This document shows positions 42,701 to 54,700 of a stretch of 64,000 bases of DNA, in pieces. The DNA comes from the human T2T-CHM13v2.0 reference genome, Homo sapiens, in NCBI RefSeq assembly GCF_009914755.1, contig NC_060941.1. The stretch is one strand, 5' to 3'. Positions within the stretch are counted from its first letter, which is position 1. Every line of letters starts with the position of its first letter. A program made the translations under genes and the position numbers. The notes under the pieces were generated by a model, which did not search any database, was not told where the DNA came from, and worked only from the letters and a program-made list of their open reading frames with translations.

Positions 42701-45700
42701 GGTTTTTTAAGCATGTTTACAGAGTTCTGTTTTTTTGTAAGGACAAGGGGAGTGCAATTGGCAATTTGTTACTGGGGGAGGGGAGAGAAGCTAAACATCC
42801 TGAAATGCTTGCAAATAAAGAATTATTCTACCCAAAATTCTGATCAGTGATCAATTGGTGTTAAATGCTGCCTGATCTCTTATTCCTGCCAGTTCAGAAA
42901 TTGCCAGACTTTAAGAAGGCAGAAGACGGAGGCAAAAGCAGCAATATTTAATAGTTTTAATCACTACCATTCATAGTTAATAACTTCATCGCCACCACTT
43001 TGAGCTAATATTTATTGAGCACTTACTATGCGCCAGCCCCTGATCTAAGCACTTTCAATGTGCTGGTGCATTTAATCCTCACCGTGATCCTCTCCATTTT
43101 ACAGATGAGGAAACTGACATTTCCTCATTTATCTGACCCTACCAGACGCTTTGCCTATGCTGTGTATTAATCTCCAAGAGTGGGGCATCACTGCTGACGT
43201 ATGCTGTAACATCTGCTGCCTGTTTAATCCTCGTCGTCCCCTGTGAGGTGCCAGGGCAGGGATTGTGGTCCCCATCTCTTAAATGAGAATTCAGCGCCCC
43301 AGAGGGTGGGTCACTGGGCCAAGATCACACAGAAAGTAAGCGGCTGGGGCTGAGAATTCAGTCCCAGGCTAACGACTCCACATTCAGCCTTTCTTCCATG
43401 TCACCAAGAGGCCAACGACAGAGCCAGACAGAGGGACAGACATTGAGAGAAAGAGATTAAGAAAGATTAAGATCTACTCAGGACCTAGGACTAGCTCCAG
43501 AGAGAGATGAAGACAAAATAAGGCAGCTCCTTGTGAGAGACAGAGGGTAGGCCCTGAGAAAGAGCAAGTCCCCAAGGCCACCTCATTCTGCCTGCGTAAC
43601 TTCCCCTGGTGCGGAAGAGTGGGCAGGCTTGGGGCGAAGCCTGACTGGAGGCCTGTTCCCATCCCTGGCCACCACCTCAAGGGGTGAGGCCAGTGCTTCA
43701 GGGAAGTGGGGTCTTCTCACCATGTGCCCCCCCCACCCCCACTCCCTTTCCCTCCTGGGCTTGGGAGAGGGGGAAGGAAGCAGACAGGGAGATAAGGGGC
43801 CTAGTTTCCACCCTCCCACACACCCCCTGAAAAATCTTTCCTAACAGCTCTCTGGAATCACACTAGTGAAGCTAATTATCATAATTACTAGGACACGATC
43901 TAGAAAAAAAAAATCTGCTTTGTCACCATAAATATTCATTTCCTTCATTTGGGATTGTTGTCCAAGCAATGGCTGTTCCAGAGTTCTGGGGAAACTGAGG
44001 CGTGGAGATGGGGACTGGGGTAGTGTGAGCAAGTCAGGTGGCAGCCTGACTAGTCTGTAGGGTCAAGGGTTCAGCCCCTCCCACATCTGAGGGAGGGGGG
44101 CACAGGGAAAATGGGGACAGACAAGGCCAATGGTCCCTGTTTTCAGATGAGGATATGAGGTCCCATGGCTAAGGGTCTCTCGCCCAAAGTCACACAGCTA
44201 GAATTGGGGCTAGAAGCAGGAGTCTTGTAAATGATGTTTTTGTCAAGATCTCAAGGCTCAATATAATTTGAAAACCCCATGTCCCTAATATTGCGTTCAT
44301 TTCCACAGCATTCGCTACTCCTAATGGAAATTGCGGAAGGGGTGCTGCGTCTCTGCAGGTGTGCGTGTTTAGGGACAGGGAATTTGAGAGATTGCAGGAT
44401 AACACCATGTTCAATAGCAATATCTTGGAATTTCATAGAGCTTGGTTCCAGTCTTAGCCTTGCTCTGAATTAGCTGAGTGATCTTGGGCAAATGTTTGAC
44501 CTCTGTGGACCTGAGTTTCCTTACCTGTCTGATGGAGATTACAATAGCATCACCTCCTGAGGCTGTCTTAAAAATAAAATGAGATAATGCTTGGAAAATA
44601 ACTGAGCGTGGCGCTTGGCTCATAGGAATGCCTCTGTATGTGGTGGCTGGCATTGTGATTCACTTTTCTTCAGGACGTTTCCTCTTCCTGTCCCCACCCC
44701 TACAGGTGGGCTCCTTCTTCATGATCAACCTGTGCCTGGTGGTGATTGCCACGCAGTTCTCAGAGACCAAGCAGCGGGAAAGCCAGCTGATGCGGGAGCA
44801 GCGTGTGCGGTTCCTGTCCAACGCCAGCACCCTGGCTAGCTTCTCTGAGCCCGGCAGCTGCTATGAGGAGCTGCTCAAGTACCTGGTGTACATCCTTCGT
44901 AAGGCAGCCCGCAGGCTGGCTCAGGTCTCTCGGGCAGCAGGTGTGCGGGTTGGGCTGCTCAGCAGCCCAGCACCCCTCGGGGGCCAGGAGACCCAGCCCA
45001 GCAGCAGCTGCTCTCGCTCCCACCGCCGCCTATCCGTCCACCACCTGGTGCACCACCACCACCACCATCACCACCACTACCACCTGGGCAATGGGACGCT
45101 CAGGGCCCCCCGGGCCAGCCCGGAGATCCAGGACAGGGATGCCAATGGGTCCCGCAGGCTCATGCTGCCACCACCCTCGACGCCTGCCCTCTCCGGGGCC
45201 CCCCCTGGTGGCGCAGAGTCTGTGCACAGCTTCTACCATGCCGACTGCCACTTAGAGCCAGTCCGCTGCCAGGCGCCCCCTCCCAGGTCCCCATCTGAGG
45301 CATCCGGCAGGACTGTGGGCAGCGGGAAGGTGTATCCCACCGTGCACACCAGCCCTCCACCGGAGACGCTGAAGGAGAAGGCACTAGTAGAGGTGGCTGC
45401 CAGCTCTGGGCCCCCAACCCTCACCAGCCTCAACATCCCACCCGGGCCCTACAGCTCCATGCACAAGCTGCTGGAGACACAGAGTACAGGTGAGAACTCT
45501 GGGTGGAGGCATGTGGGTGCCCTCGTCTGGGGACTGGGTGGCGTCCCAGAGGGGACTAGGGGGTCTGGAGTCAGAGGGACCAGGGCTTATATTCTCATGC
45601 TGCCTCTCATGGCTTAGGCACCTTCAACCAGTCACATCCCTGCTATGAGCTCGAATTTTCTCATCTGCTAAAGTGGAACTCATAATTCCTACATTGTAAT

Positions 45701-48700
45701 AGCAGTAACTATCATGTAATAAGCACCTGCTTCGTGCTGTTTGCAATGATGTCTAGCAACTGTTGCACACAGCAATGGCTGTGTGCCTGTCACATGCTTT
45801 GCGGGCAAAATTCCATTGGATCCTCTCTACCCATTAAGTGATAGGCTTTCTTAGCATCCCCATTGTGTGGATGAGAACCAGGAGGCTTGAGGGGATTGCA
45901 TGACTTGCCCAAGGCTTTGCTATTGGTGAGGGGCGGACTCGGGGCCCGCACTCGGGACTCCTTGTTGTGAGGCTCAGAGAGGAAATGGTGTGTGACTGTG
46001 CCCAGCTTCATGCCCCACTGGCTAAACCTGAGTCTCATTGCCTCCGCACAGGGAGACCCAGTTCAGGGAGCTGCTTGTCTGATGGGTGACACTCCCAGTG
46101 TCGTGGGGGCAGTGAGACACATAGGGACGTCGGGCTCTCCCCAGCAGACAGGTTCACTGTAGCTGCAGCCCACGGCCTGTGTTTCAGGAAGGATGTGGCA
46201 CGTGGGGAGCAGCGGGATATTCGTGGGGATGTTACGTGGGAATGTGGGCTGGGACCAGAAGGTGCTATCACAGAACCCAGAGCGAAAGGTTTCTATGCCA
46301 GCTCCTCCACTACCCTGCCACGGGACGTGGGCCAGTCACATGCACCCACGTTTTTATTTCCTCCTGTGTAAAAGGCAAGGCTGGGCCCATAATTACTCTC
46401 AGTGGGTGCTTACTGACTCCCTCCTGTGTGCAGATGCAGTCAAGGGAGAAATGTCGCTGAGAGCCCACCTGGGGCCAGGCCCTGAGCGGGGGGCTTCCAC
46501 ATCCATGCTTTACCTGGTACTCTCTGAGGTTCTCATATTCTGTGATCAAAGCTGGATTTAAAGGGACATTGATGTCTTGGGCTAGGTCCCTGAGTGTGTG
46601 CGCACGAGTGCATCTAGTATGCGTGTATGCGTCTATGTCCATGAAGGGGTCCAGTGTGTGTGTGTGCGTGTGTGCATGCACGTGTCTGGTGTTCATATGC
46701 ATATGTGTGCACATGTGCTTGATGTGTGTAGGTGCATGTGCGATGTGAAGCTCTTTCCTTGGTGTGTGTGCATGTGTGCATATGTCTGGCATATGTGCCG
46801 TGTGTGAATGTGTTTGTGCACACATGTGTTGGTATGTGCATGTATGTGTGCCCATATGGTGGTGTCCAAATAGTATACATGTGTACACGAGTGTGCGCAT
46901 CTGGAGCACGTGTGCAGGTGCACGTGTCTGGTGTGGGTGTGTGTGCAAGTGCACGTGTGTGGGCGTGTCTTAAGGATCCCATGGAAAGTGCTGCTCAGAA
47001 CAGTGTTGATGTAGTCCTGGCTTCTGGGAAGGGGAAGGGGAGCGAGGCTCCTTGCTGAAGGCACCTAGGATATAGGAGCTGTCCAGGACCTCAGAGGACA
47101 TCCAGGCCACCTCTCTGAGCCCCAGGACACTCAGCAGTGACTGTCAATGAAGTGCTATTGACATTAGGGCATCTTGTGGGTCAAGACTGCCCACCTTGCC
47201 TGACATTCAGCACCCCTGGCCCACTAAGTGCCTAGCACCCCATCACTGTAACAACCCCAGACTCCCTGACTCATTTTACACATACTCACAGGGCGGGGTA
47301 GCCCCAGGTACGAGACTCTGGAGCCTCTCACCTCTACTCTCCTGTTCCAGGTGCCTGCCAAAGCTCTTGCAAGATCTCCAGCCCTTGCTTGAAAGCAGAC
47401 AGTGGAGCCTGTGGTCCAGACAGCTGCCCCTACTGTGCCCGGGCCGGGGCAGGGGAGGTGGAGCTCGCCGACCGTGAAATGCCTGACTCAGACAGCGAGG
47501 CAGTTTATGAGTTCACACAGGATGCCCAGCACAGCGACCTCCGGGACCCCCACAGCCGGCGGCAACGGAGCCTGGGCCCAGATGCAGAGCCCAGCTCTGT
47601 GCTGGCCTTCTGGAGGCTAATCTGTGACACCTTCCGAAAGATTGTGGACAGCAAGTACTTTGGCCGGGGAATCATGATCGCCATCCTGGTCAACACACTC
47701 AGCATGGGCATCGAATACCACGAGCAGGTAGGAGAGTGGGCAGAGGCAGGGCTCCTGCCAGCTGCTTTTCGCCTGGGGCTGGGGCCTTCTACCTCCCTCC
47801 GCACCCCTCCTCCTGAGCTCAGCTTCCTCTCCATGCTGCTAGCCCACCTGGCAGGTAGGAGGGGAGGTGGGTGATGGAGCAATGCATGGAGATTCTCTAG
47901 AGGGAGTGCTTAAAGTCTCTGAGTATGGAGGTCGCCTCAGGTAGGCCACAGGGTATGTTCTACCCAGGAAGGCTGCTCAGAGGAGGCTGGCTTTGAAGGA
48001 TGTGAACAAGTGGTGAGCATCAGCATGTGGGGAGAGGCGCGTCACTGGGAGATGTCTGGGTCTTTGGAGAAGGTGTAGTGCGGAGGGCGGGTGTTGGAGG
48101 TCCTGTGGCATCCATCTGACCCACTAAGTCCGGGTGTGACTGATTGGAGGCAGGAGGGGCCATGTAAACAGGGGTGCAGAGGGGAGGGTTGGTGCCTGCG
48201 CCTGGGTGGAATGAAGGCCTGTTGGGGTCAGGGAGGGAGGCAATCTTTCCTGGCCTCCCGTCTGGGAGCCGTGCTGTGAACCAGGGCAGCTCAGGGTGGA
48301 TGAGAGTGCCCAGCATGGCAAGGGGACTTGAAGCCATCGCGTTTGAGGAATGATTCTAAGAACCGGGATGTTTAGTTAGGAGGAGCAAGGGCTCAGCAGG
48401 GACAGGCAAGCTGTCTTCAAATATTTGAAGGGCTGTCATGTGGAAGAGGAAGCAGGCTTGTTTTGTGGGGCTGATGGCTACAAGCAATAGGATCTGGGCT
48501 GAGGGGGAGGAGGCTTTTCTAACCCTCAGAGCTATGCAGAGATAGAAAGGGTAGCCTGGGGGACCCCACTGATCCCCCATCATGAGCTGAAGATGCCCGC
48601 TTGTTGGGGGTCCAAGCAGGCACCATGGGTCCTCACAACTGGGTTTGGCTCCCTCTTCCACAGGGTTCTTTCCAGAAGTCGCTCCCCCTCCCCCCAGTCT

Positions 48701-51700
48701 GGCCTTTCAGGTCACCCCTGTGGCTGATTCTTGGAAAAGGAGAGAGGCTAGCAAGCAGGTGCTGCAGTTCACGGTCCTCCCAGGCTCTGTTCTCCTGGGT
48801 GTTCTGGCCTCCCTGGGGTAGCACGGAGGCACTGGGCCATCAGAACCCAACCTTCCCTGGTTTGGAACGAAGGCCATGCACCTCCCCACCTCCGCACCCT
48901 CCCAATCAGGAGCAGAGGCGGAGGGGGCCAGTGGTGTGGAGTGGCTCTTACACCAGCACAGCACCCTGTGAAAGGGGCATCTCAAAAAGGTGGTACAGGC
49001 AGGGTGGTACAGGCATGCTGGGAGGTCTGGGTTGAGGCTGAGGGGCACAGGTCAAGCCGGGTCTGGAGCAGACAGTGAGGTGTTCACTTTTCCGGGGGAT
49101 TCGAAGCCCGCCCCCACACCACTGACCTCTGCACCTGCAATATTTCGAGCACCCAGCTTTTACCCAAGACTGCTCGACCTGGCCAGGTGCACCCCTCCCC
49201 ATCACCATCACACATTGGCGTCCCTTCCTCTAACCTCCACAGGGCCCCCTCCAAGCAGCCATGAGGTGGAGAGAGAGTGGGACCCTGGCTGCAGTGCCAG
49301 CGGGTGGGCGCACTTGACACCACGGTGGGCATGTTGTGTCTGGGCTACGTGGGTGTGGGTGTGTGTGCACATGCCAACTCTGCCAGCCTCCCAGGGAGAG
49401 GTGCTCCACTCTGCCAGATTGGTGGCAGTGGGGGGTGGGCAGCATTTTCTGCTTCCGGGACCCAGGTGGTGACAGCCCCTAACCTCCCATTACTCAGGCT
49501 CCCTGAACCTCAGCCTCCTTTCCCTCACCCCTGTTCCGGCCATGGTCAGGTGCCCCTCCCCCAGGGGGCACCTCCCCAGTGCCCCCTCCCTACCCCGGGG
49601 GGAGCACCCAGCAGTCCCTGCCCAGCCGATGCTGCTGGTGGAGGTTTTGATTGCACTGGGAAGAAGCTGAGTCACACAGACCCAGGGCAGATGAAGCCTT
49701 GGTAAGAGGGCTTTCAGTTAGATGTCAAGAAGGACGCCCCTTTGGAGAGAAGGCAGCAGCCGTCAGTCAGGGGTGCCTGCACCTTCTTCTTGCTCAGGCT
49801 CCTGAGGAAGGGCGGAGACAGCCCAGGGCTCCCACTAAGTCCTCAGCAGCAGGGAGGCCTCACTCAGTGACAGCAGTGTCTGCTCCAGGGAGGGTTTTGT
49901 CCGCATACCTGGTGCTGAGGGCCCCATGGGGGTGAGCGGGAGTCCCCAGCAGGCTGGGCAGATGACTGACAGCTGTCCAGCGGGCTCAGGGGTGCGGAGA
50001 GTAAGAAGTCCCAGAAGCTGCCATGGCCCTGTGCTTGCAGGCACTGCGGCGTGAACGTCCCGCCATCTGGGCCCTGGAGCCTGAGCAGGCTGGGAGTGGG
50101 GGGTTGCCAGGGAAGGCAGCAAGGAGATGTGGGGGGCTGAGACAGAGACACAGAGTGGGCACAGAGAGGGAGACAGAGACACATGGGGGAATGGGGACAC
50201 AGAGGGAGACAGAGAGGAGACTGATGGGGGCGAGACAGAGGCACGGAGGGCAAGATGGAGACGGGGGAGGAGGGCAGGAAGAGAGACGCGCAGGCAGGGG
50301 AGAAAGGATATGGAGGGAGAGATGAGCCACAGCGGAGACAGACAGAGACAAATGGAGCCACAGAGACACACAGGGAGACAGAGACACAGAGAGGGAGCTG
50401 AAGACAGAGACCGAGTCCCAGATGCAAATGAGGGCAGAGACGGGGTGGGATGGGGAGACAGAGACTCCCCTGGAGCTGGCTGCATGAGGAGGCTCACGGC
50501 TTCCCTGCGGTGCCCTTAATGAGGCAATTGTGTCCATTGATCCCGGAATCGATTGGATGGGGGGGCGGGCACTGGAAAGGGTGTTGCTGGTGCTTTGCCA
50601 GAGGAGGAGTCCCTGCCCTCCCTCCTGGCCGTCACCGCTGCCCTCCCCAGGCCCTGTCCTCTCCCACCATCCCCTGGCTGACTCATCATTCGCTTGTCCC
50701 GTCCCCCCAACCTGCGCTACCCCACCATCCTCCTGACTGAGGAAGCACCTATATGTGATACCCCACCCCGCCCGGGGCTGGCCCCATGCTGTCCTCTGTC
50801 TCCTGCTTCCTCCACCCCTTAACCACCAGCTGGAGGAGAACTGGCAGGATTGGGTTTGCCCAGAGGGCTGGTGAGAAGGACAAGAACCCAGGAGACTGAG
50901 GAGAGAGCAAGAAAATGACCTGATGTCGAAGTGTGATCTGATATGGGGCCAGCCTACATGTGTGCCCCATCCGCTCAGGGCGGTACATGGAGTCCAGAAC
51001 CTTTTTCCAATTCATCCTTTTGCACTGGAGTTGGGCCTAAGCAGTGATTTGGTGGTAAATGATTAACAACTAGCCCTTCTAAAATAATAAAGTCCTGATC
51101 TGTAGCATTTGCCAATTTCCATGGTGTAAATGCTCCCACCATAGCTGGTTTTAAGCTACCAACACGATTCCACCGAATGTGGGGTTGGGAAGAGACGTGG
51201 ACAATTGGTTCTCCCAAGCCAGTGAGAAACAGCTCCAGCACGCCACTGGGCCCAAGGCACTGTCCTTCTTTTTAAAGAGGTCACAACAAGTAAACGGTCA
51301 TATTTACTTGATGTGGCACATGCTCAGAGAGGGATACGTGGGGGAGGAGCCCTTAACCCAGACCAGAGAAGGAATTCAGGGAGGGCTCCGTGTAGGAGGT
51401 GACCTCTGGGCTGAGTCTGAAGGAAGAGTAGGACATAGCCAGTGAAGGTGAAGGGCAGGGCACAGTATGAGGGCTCCGGCAGTGGTCCAGGCAGTTCATA
51501 CTACATCTTCATCCCTGGAAATGGAGAGCAGAGGGCTGGGGAGAGCTGGCTGGTAGCTGGATCTGCAGGACCCAATCAGTTGGAAACATGGGTTGAGAGG
51601 AGGCAGCAAGGATGACTCCCAGGTTTCTACCTGGGGTGGGAGCAGTGTGGCTTGAGCAGATGTGGGCTGGGAGACATGTTGCATACAAGGTGCCTGCGGG

Positions 51701-54700
51701 CCATCCTGACCATATCCAGCAGGCTGTCGGAGCTCAGAAAAGAAGTTGCCTTCTCTTCTGTGTCCTGCCTGGCTCTGCACTGGGGCCAGACCTCTCCAGG
51801 AAGAGGGGAGTGCAGGAGTGGGGCCTTGGAGACACAGGAGCTTCCTAACATCTCCTTCCTGGCTCTGGGTCATGGTGGGGTGGGGGACAGGTGCTAGTCT
51901 AATGTTCTAGAAGAGGGACAACAGCATATGGGGAGAGGGGAGCTACATGTAGCCCAGTGGTCTCCTGGGCTGTAGACGGGGAGAGGAGGGGGAGGGACCA
52001 GGGTAGATGGCCTTGCAGGCTGAGAGAGGACAGGGCAGGTGATGACTCTGCTCATTGCTCACACTCTGGGGCCATCCTGTCACTCCAGATACATGTCCAG
52101 AGAGGGTTTCTATTTATAAGTGAGTGAGTTTGGCTGTTCAAGGCGAGAGAAGCTGGGGGTGGGGCAGGAGGAGGTGGTCCAGATATGGTAAGTCTGAACT
52201 TTGAAGGAGGTCATAGACTCCTTTTCAGTTCTGCTGAAGGCTGGGGACCCTCTCCCCAGAAAATCCCCATATGCCTGGACACCCTAAATGTGGCCTTTGA
52301 GGGCAAAGGTTGATGGACACCTCCCACCCCAGCCAGTCCCTTGGTCTCCAGATAGAGGAGCCCTGGCTGAAGAGCTAGGGCTGAGGACCAAGCAGAGCTT
52401 TGGGGGATGATCCTTTGCAGCTGACTGGCCCCAGACATTCAAAGGCTATCTGGTGTGGGAGGGAGAGGGGCATTGTTTTGGAGATGTCTGCTAAGGTGTT
52501 CTTTTGTTCTTTTAGTCATCCCCTGGCTCCAGGCTCTCCCAGTTCTGCAAACAAGGGGAGCATATCCTGTGCACAGCACACTAGAATAGAATATTAGAAT
52601 ATCAGGGGGTTGGGGGCTGAGCCAGAAACACCCAAGAAATGTAGGTTCTGGTGGAAAAGTCATTCTGTTTCATGGATGATTATGCCAAATGCCGCAAGAG
52701 AGGCTTCAGGGGACAAAGGAGAGCTGCTCATCCCCAGCTCTCCTTCGGAAGGGCTTCACGAAGGTGGTGGCTTTTGAACGGAGCCTCGAAAGATGAATGG
52801 AATTGACAGTGGCTTGGGTGGTGGGGGTGGAGGGAGGTGGGAGATGGAGGGGTGGGTAGGAGCAGAGAGATCTAGGTGGAGGGATTAAGGCACATGCACA
52901 GGGTGGCACTCGATGCTCTGAAGGACAGTCAGGTTTTCCTCCCTGCCCTGGCCCCGAGGTGTCTGAGCAGTGATTGATGTTAGCCCAGCGAGGAAGCCGG
53001 TGCTTCCCATTGGTGCAGGCTGGGTGGAGGAGGGCCTAGAGGCTATTTCTGTTGTTCAGATCAGAGGCAAAGAGGGCCCCAAGTAAGGCCATAGCTATGG
53101 GAACGAGGGGTTGTGGGTAGGACGCAATTTCACTGGCAGGTTCTCTGGGCCGGGGCACCTTAGTGTCCAGAGGGAGGAAGGGTGGGCAAGAATCCTAGAT
53201 AACCCGAAGTTTCTAAGGCAGAATCCCGAGCATGATGGCGCCACCCGGGAAGGAGCAGGTTTGGGAGAGGAGGCGAGAGGGTTTGTTTTGGATGCACTGA
53301 GTTTGAGATGGCTGTGGGCCATCCCAGGAGGGAGATCAGGCAGGCTCTGGATCTCTGGATGAGAAGCCAGGGGCTTGGAGAGATTGTTTAGTGTCGTCTA
53401 CACCCCAGTGACAGCCAGAGAGGTAGGAGTGGGGGTACTGGTGGAGGGAGCGGGCTTAGACTGAACTCTGAGGAATGCTGGCCTGAGGGAAGAGAGGCGG
53501 TGAAATGAGCACTGGGAAGGGGAAGAGGTGGTTGCTCAGGGTCGGGGAAGCCAAGGGAGGCTCAGCTGCTGCTGAGGCATCCACTAAGAGGAGGGCTGGG
53601 AAGAGGGTCCCTGGACAGAGCTGGAGCTGTGGGGCCCAGAGTTCAGAACTGAATGAGTCTGGAGTCCCACAGAAGCTTTCTGCTTTTAGGCACGGGGGAA
53701 GGAGATTGGAGAAGTAATGGATGCAGGCATAACTGATAGGCCAGGGCCCAGGGGAGCCGGGGGCGGGGGTAGGGGGTGACAGGGGGGCGGCGGGGGAGCA
53801 CATCAAAGAATCAAAGTGCAGGTGGAGGAACGGCTGGCTCCCTTCCAGGAGAGGAAGAGAGACAGTGGGATGCACAACACAGAGCTCTTTGGAGGAGGGA
53901 CGTGGAGCCCCCCATGTAAGCCTGCAACGAGGGGCCAGGTGGGGAGTAGGGCTGGGGGCTGCAGAGTCCAGAAGGATTGAGGCAGCTCCTGGGGGAGAGA
54001 GGAGACCTAAGAAGGGAGGAACCAGGGACTGTGAATAAAGGCATGAAACAGCCATGGGGCCACCACCCACAGGGAATCACTTGTCCAGTCAGCACATGTT
54101 CGTGCCTCTCTCTAGCGATACTCAGCACTTCCAGAGCCGCAGAGGAGAGGAGGAGGGCAAGGGCACTTACCTGGGCTGGGGCTGGGCAGGGCAGGAGCTC
54201 TTGAAAGTCTTCGTCAGAAGGGCAGCCTTTATGTGGCCTACTGTGGCCCACCATGGGCTAGACGCTGTGCAGGTGGACAAGGCACAGGGGCTGCAGCTCC
54301 AGCATTTTATTATTTATTTATTTTAAGAGATGGAATCCTGATCTGCCCCCTGGGCTGGAATACAGTGGCTTGATCATGGCTCACTACAGCCTGGAACTTC
54401 TGGGCTCAAGCGATCCTCCCACCCCAGCCTCCCCAGTAGCTGGGACTACGGGCACCTGCCACCATGCCTGGCTATAGCTCCAGAATTTTAAGTAGCAGGG
54501 GCCTTGGGTCAGCTGTCTTGAAGCTGAGTGGGCACCGTGAGTGTGCTGTGCCTAGTTAGCTTGTGTGTTTACTTTTGAGGGCTTCGGGGAGCTGGGAAAT
54601 ATCATGTCACCTACACCCCAATGACAGTGGAGAGGTGGGAGTGGGGGTGCTGGTGGGGGGAATAAGCGTAGAATGAACTCTGAGGAATGTTGCCCTGAGG

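Noticed and set aside
44244-44427. Loosely nested inverted repeats (TGTCCCTAA/TTAGGGACA, ATTTCCA/TGGAAAT)
   Set aside because: Arms are short and not concentric; probably a decayed DNA-transposon remnant or chance.
46310-47064. His/Thr- or Cys/Val-rich ORFs (also at 23522-24248 and 49835-50537)
   Set aside because: Translations of TG/CA and GA/TC low-complexity repeats.
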